This document shows positions 7,807-14,873 of a DNA stretch of 22,895 bases, one piece after another. The stretch covers positions 58,666 through 81,560 of the forward strand of contig CAZFHY010000020.1 in assembly GCA_964519305.1 (NCBI GenBank). Direction: 5' to 3'. Source of the DNA: Candidatus Undinarchaeota archaeon (GTDB lineage Archaea > SpSt-1190 > JASMDC01). A program made the position numbers and the translations under genes. Below the pieces are notes generated by a model. It had not been told where the DNA came from. It was given only the letters and a program-made list of their open reading frames with translations, and did not search any database. The first letter of the stretch is position 1; each line of letters starts with the position of its first letter.

Positions 7807-8535
7807 TCAGTACCGCCCGTACACGTTCGCGTACCCGCCGCGGCCCGCGTAGTACGAGCTCCCCTGGTAGGCGGGGTACTGGTACCCGTAATAGCCGGCC
7901 TGGGCCATGGCGGTAGCTTGTTGCTGCTGCTGGAGAGCCGCCTGCTGTGCGATCGCCCTGCTCCTGGTGAAGAGCGCCAGACCCATGATGAGGACTATGA
8001 TGACCAGCACGATCCCGATGAGGAAGCTCATACTGGAACCTCCCCCGTCGTCCGTGCCACCGCCCGCCGTGGCGGTTGCCGTCGCGGTCGCGGTCCCGCT
8101 GGCCTCGGGACCTTCGGACGGTTCCGCGCTCGCCGTCGCCCCTTCGGCAACGCAGTCCTTCACGACGATGACTATCTCGCGTTTAACGGTGAACTGGGGC
8201 GAAATCGCAGGATAGGCCACGAGGGGGAGCGAGTACCGGCCCGGATCTAGTCCGAGGGGTGGTGTTAGATCGTACCGATGGTCCACGTACTCGGCTGCAC
8301 CCAAGGACACCTTGTAAGGGTTCTTCTTCTGGTAGAGTCCATGGGGATCATCGAGCTTGACAACGAAGATGGCAGGGTCCTTGAGGAGGCTCTCGTACTT
8401 GGCAACGACGCTGATCGTTTCTCCCCGACACCCCGACTGCTCGGGATTCTCAACAACGAGATTGAGGATCTCGAGGGAGGATCCCATGACGAGGAGGAGC
8501 GCAAGCACGACTGATCCCATCCTCTTCATCGACAT
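7807..8535 (-). CDS. Hypothetical single-pass membrane protein (signal peptide, Ig-like domain, Thr/Ala linker, TM, Gln/Tyr/Gly-rich tail)
   Basis: I placed the start at ATG 8535 (MSMKRMGSVVLALLLVMGSS, AAGGGGG SD upstream) rather than the track's 8592, which runs through a TATA box. Beta-rich domain with PGRYSL, linker GTATATATATAGGG, TM FLIGIVLVIIVLIMGLALF, tail QQQQQ...YYGYQYPAYQGSSYYAGRGGYANVYGRY. Confidence 0.75.
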   Translation of the reverse strand: MSMKRMGSVVLALLLVMGSSLEILNLVVENPEQSGCRGETISVVAKYESLLKDPAIFVVKLDDPHGLYQKKNPYKVSLGAAEYVDHRYDLTPPLGLDPGRYSLPLVAYPAISPQFTVKREIVIVVKDCVAEGATASAEPSEGPEASGTATATATATAGGGTDDGGGSSMSFLIGIVLVIIVLIMGLALFTRSRAIAQQAALQQQQQATAMAQAGYYGYQYPAYQGSSYYAGRGGYANVYGRY

Positions 8536-8574
8536 AGGAGCATTCCCCCTTATAGGTTGTGATAATGGAGTGTT

Positions 8575-8622
8575 GAAACTATAAATAGACACAGGCGGCT
8601 CGCCGTGAAACCTATTTAAACG
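8575..8622. promoter_or_regulatory. Divergent promoter region (two TATA boxes)
   Basis: Minus strand TTTATA at 8585-8580 for the leftward gene. Plus strand GAAACC-TATTTAAA at 8607-8620, about 31 nt before GTG 8646. Confidence 0.55.
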
Positions 8623-8645
8623 AAGTAAGCCACTCCAAATGCCCA

Positions 8646-9644
8646 GTGTACTCCCGGGTCCGTCTCGTCGGCGTCCTTCTTCTTATAGCGCTCACGCTCC
8701 CCTGTATTGCTGTTGGGAAGGAGGGCCGCGTCTATGATGCGTACAAGATGCGTATCGACGTGATGCCGAACGGCACATGTCGGGAGACCATCGACATCCA
8801 TCTTCGCAATACCGGCGACGAGCCGCTCCGCAACGCCTTCTTCACGGTAGTCCGTGACGTCCAGGATATCGAGGTCACCGGTATCGGCGAGGACATCTCA
8901 TGGACCGTCGCCGAGAACGAGTGGATCAAGCTCGTGAACATAACCTTCACCTATCCCGTGCTCCCGGACAAGGACCGTCATTATACCATCTCATTCACAA
9001 CCGATCAGTTCGTACGGCGGGAAAAGGACGACCTTGAGTTCCGAACGACCTATAATCCGTCAACGCCCATCACGGACTTCAGTCTCACCGTATCGCTCCC
9101 GTCCGGTTATGTCCTTCCCGTGGGCGGGATGGCGGCTCAGACGCATTCCGTTCTGTTCCCGCCAGCAGAGCTCAAGACCGACGGACAGCACCTTCTCCTC
9201 GTATGGAGCCGTACCAACGTTACTGCTGATGACAGCATTGGTGTGTTCGCCCGGTTCACACGCCCGAAGGAAGAGGTCAAAGAGGCATGCTATCCCATCA
9301 CCCCTCAAGGTATCGCGGTCGGTATCCTCCTTGGAGGGGTACTGTTCTTCTTTGGTAGATGGGCCACACAGAAACGGCCCTCCGTCCTATCTGTTTTCAC
9401 AGAGGACGAGCAGGCGGTCGTCGAGGTCTTGATACACGCCGGTGGGCGACTCAAACAGCGCGACCTGCTGGTAAAGCTCGACATCTCCAAGTCCAAGCTC
9501 AGTCGTCTTGTCATGGACCTCGAGTCACGGGGCGTGCTCCGCAAGGAGCGCATGGGCAACACGAACCGCCTCGTCCTCCGCGATGACCTCAAGCGCGCAC
9601 GGATCGATAAGAAGGAACATGAAGCGACCGATGTCGGTTCCTGA
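8646..9644 (+). CDS. Membrane-anchored winged-HTH regulator (COG2512-like: signal peptide, extracellular beta domain, TM, cytoplasmic HTH)
   Basis: N-terminal hydrophobic signal, beta-rich region, TM GIAVGILLGGVLFFFG, then TEDEQAVVEVL...GGRLKQRDL...ISKSKLSRLVMDLESRGVLRKERMGNTNRLVL, which is typical of archaeal membrane-associated HTH proteins. Confidence 0.85.
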   Translation: MYSRVRLVGVLLLIALTLPCIAVGKEGRVYDAYKMRIDVMPNGTCRETIDIHLRNTGDEPLRNAFFTVVRDVQDIEVTGIGEDISWTVAENEWIKLVNITFTYPVLPDKDRHYTISFTTDQFVRREKDDLEFRTTYNPSTPITDFSLTVSLPSGYVLPVGGMAAQTHSVLFPPAELKTDGQHLLLVWSRTNVTADDSIGVFARFTRPKEEVKEACYPITPQGIAVGILLGGVLFFFGRWATQKRPSVLSVFTEDEQAVVEVLIHAGGRLKQRDLLVKLDISKSKLSRLVMDLESRGVLRKERMGNTNRLVLRDDLKRARIDKKEHEATDVGS

Positions 9645-9658
9645 AAGCTATTTAATAC
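9644..9658 (+). promoter_or_regulatory. Putative BRE/TATA promoter for the 9690-14689 gene pair
   Basis: GAAAGC-TATTTAATA directly at and after the HTH gene stop. The spacing favours ATG 9690 (GAGGT SD) over 9672. Confidence 0.5.
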
Positions 9659-9689
9659 TTGGAGCCCGTAGATGCGTAGAGGTAGTGAT

Positions 9690-12600
9690 ATGAGTAGACA
9701 CGGTCTGCTGGTGTTCCGCGGTGCTACTGCACTGCTCCTCACACTCCTCTGTCTCGCCTCAGGATACAAAGGTTACCTCGTCGCGGACAGTATCCTTGAA
9801 TCGGTGGAGGTGCTAAATTTCAAGCACGCCATCATCTCTGTGGATTACGACATGAGCCCGTCGCCCGGATACGTGGACGAGCTCGATGAGCTGGCGCTCC
9901 AGACGCGCTTTGATTTGTTCGACCATACCTACTCGACGATCACGAAACAGGAGGAACTGGTGAGGTTCACCATGGGAGAGGTACCCCGTATCAGTTTCAA
10001 TACGTTCACGATCGAAGGAGAGAGCCTTGAGGTCGAGTTCACGCTCCACTACCGGCCAAAACAGTTCGACCTCATCCCTGGTGTGTTCACCTACGGCAGG
10101 AAGCTGCGTATCACATATCCTTCTCTCTATACATTACGGGTGGCCAACGTCACAGATCTCACACTGGAATCGAACTTCACCCTGGCAGGGCGCTTGGTGG
10201 ACATGGAGGCCTTCGCCCTAAAGTCGTCCGATCAGGGCGACCACATCGTTGGTGACACAATCGGCATCGAGAAGATAGGTGAGGTTTCCGGTAGCCTCAA
10301 GTTCTGCATCGCGGCACTCACGGAACGAGGAGATGACCGACCGGTCGCCAAGGCCTTTGGATCGTCCTGCGAGAAGCTCGTGATCCCCACCGATGGTTCC
10401 ATGGACGCCGTTCTCTATGATCTCCATATAATCGGCGTTCGCGGTGACGCCATGGGATATATCAAACAGGAGTTCAGGCTGGCCGAACCCCCCCTGGCGA
10501 TACGTCTCGTACCAGAGCGGACATCCGTCCGTCTCGGGACCGGTCTCGCACTGGACGTCCACCCGGCACAGCCTTTGGAAGGATGCACGGTGAACGTCTA
10601 TGATTCGTTCTGGACCAAGAAGAACACCCTGGACCTCCAGACATGCACGAACGTGGTCGTGGGTACGTCCACATCGTGGGCGCCCGGCACTTACCTCGTG
10701 GAAGTAGAGGGCTATCACCAGGGACTTGTCGGCCGTGCTACCGCCCGTTTCGAACTGATCGGGGTCGGCGGAATTATGCCCGCGGACACGAAGACCGACA
10801 AGGATGTGTACAAGGCGGGCGAGGATGTCTCACTCTATACTGACGCCCCGGGCGATATCTGCAGCGTCCAGGTTTTCAACCAAGACGGTATCAAAGTGAT
10901 GGAGGAGGAGTCGCTCGGATGTGGCAATGCCGAGCTAAGCCTCGATCCATCGCTCGATCCGGGGGCCTACACGATCCAGACCACGGCATACCGCGACAAT
11001 CAGAACGTCGGCGGTTCGGTTAACATGATCGAGGTTTCGGAGTGGCGACCCCAGCTCCGCACACCGCAGTCAGAAGTGTGCGAGGGCGGTTCCATGCATG
11101 TTCTCGGCGCCACCCTCCCGTGCATCCAAACAGGACAGACCTGCACTCCTTCATCCTCCGACATCCCACTTTGCCTCTGCTTCGATAAGGAGACAGGTGA
11201 CGTCCTTGACGTGTGCGAATACGGAAGATACTGTAGCCCTACCGATTGCACCGAGCAGCGTATCAAGAGCCCGTTCATCATCATCGAGACCGATGGAGAG
11301 TGCATGGCCAAGAGCGGTCTCCAGACGCTCTCATGCATCGACATCGGTGAGGTATGCATGGGTACCTGCGTCTGCCTCGGCAAGGATAAGAATCCCGAGG
11401 CCACCTGCGTTATCGGTGAGATGTGCGCCACTGAAGGATGTGCCCCGTCCAACCTCGAGTTCTCGCTCATCGATCTCGAACCCCGTCATATCAGATCGGA
11501 CGTGCTCCTGACGGATGGGGTTAACGTCATATGGCGCGGGAACATCAGGTACGAGGGGGCGCTTCTCGAGGAGGGAGCTCTCGCTGACCTCAATGTGAAC
11601 GCGTCACTCCACGTACTGGATGCCTCCAGTGCACCCACCATCAAGCGTGTGCACGACGATCAGGCCGGTGGCTGGACGATCGAGGCATCCTTCATAGCGG
11701 ACCTGCCTCCCGGAGAGTACGAGGTCTTCATCGTGATCGAGTACAAGGGCAACATCCATGTCATTCGTCGACCGTTCGAGGTATGGTACCCCGAGGACGA
11801 GTCGTTCCTGCGTGTGAGCCAGCACGATATCGAACCTGACAAGGTGCGTCCCAAAGACTTCGAGATCGGTTTCCCTCTACAAACCGATGTGGTCGTCCAG
11901 GATCTCAACGGAAGGTCCGTGGTGAACCTACCCAAGAAAGCCTTCAACATCACTTTCGGAGAGCTCGCACCCGCAAGCTTCACACCGACGTACAACAAGC
12001 TATCGGACCGCTGGCAGCTGTCGACGACGTTCATGGACACGCTCCTCTTCACCTGGGATGATGTACCTGGCCCAGACAATGGAAAAGTGCGGAGCTATCT
12101 GCGACGCACGTTCGGTGAGGACTGGATGGAGCATGCCGATATCTCCAAGAGCAGTGATGAACGGACCATCACCATGGCATCCGGTAACGATTGGCTCGAG
12201 TTCGCCCTGGACGGGAACAATATCAAGGCCACGGTCCGGACGGACGACGGAGAGGGCCATGAGCTTGCCGTCCGTGAAGAGATGGATCGCCTGATCGTAT
12301 ACACCGCACTTCCTACCGAACAAGCCATCTCCGTAGCGATCGAGCACCTCGGGCGCAGCGGGAACTCGAAGGAGCCAATCGAGGTGACGGACTACGTTCC
12401 ACTCGACTTCAGGATACAGCGAGCTAGTCCGGGTAACGACAATGAGCCGCTCATCCATTATCTGGCCGTGATGGGCTTCAATCTCGACATATTCCTTCAG
12501 ATCAAGGGGACCATCGATGTCTCCGAACGTAACTTCCATGTGTTCATCGGGGAACGGAACGTTACAGAGAACCTGGCCTATCTTGTCAGCACGACATCAG

Positions 12601-12770
12601 GTGTCAGGCTGCATCTTTCTGACATCTCTCTATGCCCTCATCCACCGAACGGCGGTAGCACGGTGGAGCTGCTCGTTGAGATCCATACCCCACAAGGAGT
12701 CATCGAATCGAAGCGGACGGACCTCCAAGTGAAGTCCAATCCCGGTCGATACGTGGTGGGATGCACATGA
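9690..12770 (+). CDS. Large secreted multidomain surface protein (~1026 aa; Ig/MG2-like domains, two Cys modules, inserted domain)
   Basis: Signal peptide (ATALLLTLLCLASG). Ig/MG2-like motifs TDKDVYKAGE, PGTYLVEV, PGAYTIQT and PPGEYEV. Duplicated Cys module at 11079-11441. No C-terminal TM. Confidence 0.8.
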   Translation: MSRHGLLVFRGATALLLTLLCLASGYKGYLVADSILESVEVLNFKHAIISVDYDMSPSPGYVDELDELALQTRFDLFDHTYSTITKQEELVRFTMGEVPRISFNTFTIEGESLEVEFTLHYRPKQFDLIPGVFTYGRKLRITYPSLYTLRVANVTDLTLESNFTLAGRLVDMEAFALKSSDQGDHIVGDTIGIEKIGEVSGSLKFCIAALTERGDDRPVAKAFGSSCEKLVIPTDGSMDAVLYDLHIIGVRGDAMGYIKQEFRLAEPPLAIRLVPERTSVRLGTGLALDVHPAQPLEGCTVNVYDSFWTKKNTLDLQTCTNVVVGTSTSWAPGTYLVEVEGYHQGLVGRATARFELIGVGGIMPADTKTDKDVYKAGEDVSLYTDAPGDICSVQVFNQDGIKVMEEESLGCGNAELSLDPSLDPGAYTIQTTAYRDNQNVGGSVNMIEVSEWRPQLRTPQSEVCEGGSMHVLGATLPCIQTGQTCTPSSSDIPLCLCFDKETGDVLDVCEYGRYCSPTDCTEQRIKSPFIIIETDGECMAKSGLQTLSCIDIGEVCMGTCVCLGKDKNPEATCVIGEMCATEGCAPSNLEFSLIDLEPRHIRSDVLLTDGVNVIWRGNIRYEGALLEEGALADLNVNASLHVLDASSAPTIKRVHDDQAGGWTIEASFIADLPPGEYEVFIVIEYKGNIHVIRRPFEVWYPEDESFLRVSQHDIEPDKVRPKDFEIGFPLQTDVVVQDLNGRSVVNLPKKAFNITFGELAPASFTPTYNKLSDRWQLSTTFMDTLLFTWDDVPGPDNGKVRSYLRRTFGEDWMEHADISKSSDERTITMASGNDWLEFALDGNNIKATVRTDDGEGHELAVREEMDRLIVYTALPTEQAISVAIEHLGRSGNSKEPIEVTDYVPLDFRIQRASPGNDNEPLIHYLAVMGFNLDIFLQIKGTIDVSERNFHVFIGERNVTENLAYLVSTTSGVRLHLSDISLCPHPPNGGSTVELLVEIHTPQGVIESKRTDLQVKSNPGRYVVGCT

Positions 12771-14689
12771 GCCGAAAAATGACACGAGGACAGATTGCCC
12801 TCTTTGGCATCATGGCCTTGGCTTTCGTGGTCATCTTCGTGCTCTATACGATGTTCTCTGGACAGAAGACGGAATCGGAGGTACGTCGACAGGAGATACA
12901 ATCGGAAACGGTCCGCAAGGAGCTCGAGTCCGTGCAGTCCTCTCTGGAGCGCTTCCTCGAAGCCGCTATCCACGAGGCAGCGGAGGAGATGGCCGCGCAC
13001 GGAGGTTATACCAAGGAGAACCATCCGCCGCTCAGCCATCTGGGCGTCCCCTACTGGTTCTATGAGGGGAATATCGTTAACATCCCGACAAACAAGGTCA
13101 TGGAACAGATGATGGTACAGGAGATCGAGCGCAATGTCAAGGACCGTGTCCTTGAACTGCAGAAGAGCCTGCGCAGGGACCTCTATTCCTTCGGGTTCCC
13201 AAAGGCGAACGTCACCCTCCTGGACAACTCAATCACGGCACGAATGAGCCTTCCGGTCCGCATCAGAGCAGAGGGTGAGGAAGTCAAGACCGATATCGAT
13301 TTCGATGTCAACGTACCGCTCCGGCTCAAGTTCCTGCACGACATCGCAGTATTCTATGTTCAGAGCTATATCGATGCCCGGACCATGGAGGACTCAATCT
13401 TCGACAGCATCACTTCAGACCCGCGCATCCCCAAACCGGGAGGTGACTGCTGTAAGGGCATCCCCTCATGCGATGCAGATGCCCGATACGAGATTAGTGT
13501 GATATCGACCGATGGGAATCCCCTCTCAAAGCATGGGGACCTCATCGAACCGTTCCGTGAGCATTCCCGACTGGCCGTGGCTAACGAGATGCGTCGTGTA
13601 AGGAAGGCCGACTTCAGTCCGGTTGAGACGTTCACCGGGATGGAACAAGCGGATATCGAGAAGGTCATGGAGTTCGTGGAGTGGACCTTCGACCTGTATG
13701 AGAACGAGTTCAAGTTCTCCTTCATCGCCAATGAGGACAAGCCTGATTACCGGTCCACCGACACAGTGCACTTCTTCAGGCTCGGACCCTTCGGCCTGTC
13801 ACCTTCGGGCGATTGTACGGGCGGGTACAAGATGAACTATTCCATCCACTTCCCCGTAAAGATCATCCTTCGTGATCTCCTGCCTTCTGCAAAAGTGGTC
13901 GGCGCCGCCGGGACATCGTCCGAGATCAAGCCACTGGAGTTCAAGTTCTACATGGAACCATATCTACAGAAACTGTCCGCAGCGACAAACGAGTCGGTCT
14001 CAGCACCCAAGTTCATCGAGGACCAGTGTCAGGGCGCCTGCGCCCTTACAGTGGACCTCGACCCCCCTGCGATGGAAGGGTTGCTCCGGATCGACTCCTG
14101 TCGCTATCCTTCTAACGATGTTGAAATGAGCTATTCCTCGGGAACTACCTGGGAGGGAGTCCCATGCGGCGTCCATGACATCGTGTTCGAGGCAGACGGG
14201 ACCGAGTACGCGAGATCGAGCCTGAAAGAGAAGATCGAGGCTTCAAGTCATGTCACCCTCCCCGTACGTAAGTTCGGCTCCATTTCGAGCCGTGTGATCA
14301 TGAAGAACTACGTCTACTGTGTGTCATCTCAGACAATTGATGAACGGGAACCGATACCTCTCGGCTATGTCGATGGGAGACCGCCGGCGTACATCGAAGT
14401 GTACCTCTTCCCCATGGACACTACCCTTGGGGACGTCGTCAGTGCAATAACCGACGAGGACGGAAAGATCGAATTCCCAACCGTGAACCCCGGTAAGTAC
14501 CTACTGCTCGCGGTCTCGTCCAAGGATAGCTCGGACCGCGCCATCTACTCGGTCCTTCCGAAGGGCATGATCCTCGATGTGGACGAGGGTACGAGCTCGC
14601 TCCCGGACATCGCGATGAAACCAATCACGGTGGAGCTCGACCGGAACGGGATATACCACAATGTAGCATCCCGTGATGAGAACTGTTGA
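12767..14689 (+). CDS. Class III (pilin-type) signal peptide protein, ~640 aa
   Basis: ATGA overlap with the upstream stop. MSRKMTRG/QIALFGIMALAFVVIFVLY fits the archaeal prepilin-peptidase pattern. Followed by a helical stalk, GGY...VPYW.YEG...IPT...ME, and a C-terminal prealbumin/carboxypeptidase-regulatory-like segment (TDEDGKIEF..VNPGKYLL). Confidence 0.75.
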   Translation: MSRKMTRGQIALFGIMALAFVVIFVLYTMFSGQKTESEVRRQEIQSETVRKELESVQSSLERFLEAAIHEAAEEMAAHGGYTKENHPPLSHLGVPYWFYEGNIVNIPTNKVMEQMMVQEIERNVKDRVLELQKSLRRDLYSFGFPKANVTLLDNSITARMSLPVRIRAEGEEVKTDIDFDVNVPLRLKFLHDIAVFYVQSYIDARTMEDSIFDSITSDPRIPKPGGDCCKGIPSCDADARYEISVISTDGNPLSKHGDLIEPFREHSRLAVANEMRRVRKADFSPVETFTGMEQADIEKVMEFVEWTFDLYENEFKFSFIANEDKPDYRSTDTVHFFRLGPFGLSPSGDCTGGYKMNYSIHFPVKIILRDLLPSAKVVGAAGTSSEIKPLEFKFYMEPYLQKLSAATNESVSAPKFIEDQCQGACALTVDLDPPAMEGLLRIDSCRYPSNDVEMSYSSGTTWEGVPCGVHDIVFEADGTEYARSSLKEKIEASSHVTLPVRKFGSISSRVIMKNYVYCVSSQTIDEREPIPLGYVDGRPPAYIEVYLFPMDTTLGDVVSAITDEDGKIEFPTVNPGKYLLLAVSSKDSSDRAIYSVLPKGMILDVDEGTSSLPDIAMKPITVELDRNGIYHNVASRDENC

Positions 14690-14873
14690 AACGGATATAT
14701 TTCCGCCTATTTGTACAATAGAGCAATAATTTTATTATTGGGACGACTTGGGACAACTTCCGCCTGATTAATGGGGCGAGCAATCTGAATGAACTATCGT
14801 GGCCCGTTGTCCCAAGCCGTTGCGAGAAATCGTTTTAAACGCCATAAGCAGAGTATATTACAGGGGTTTATCA
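14690..14873 (+). promoter_or_regulatory. AT-rich regulatory region upstream of the giant gene
   Basis: GAAATCG-TTTTAAA (TATA at 14833-14839), an AGGGGT SD before ATG 14874, inverted repeat CAATAAT-TTT-ATTATTG, and direct repeats (see findings). Confidence 0.55.

Noticed and set aside
8536-8592. N-terminal extension of the 261-aa ORF
   Set aside because: It overlaps its own probable TATA box, whereas ATG 8535 gives a clean signal peptide.
12039-12302. Intein
   Set aside because: It has no N-terminal Cys/Ser block and no C-terminal His-Asn, and it is shorter than typical mini-inteins.
14799-14873. N-terminal extension of the giant ORF from GTG 14799
   Set aside because: It spans the probable TATA box, whereas ATG 14874 has an SD and gives a normal signal peptide.
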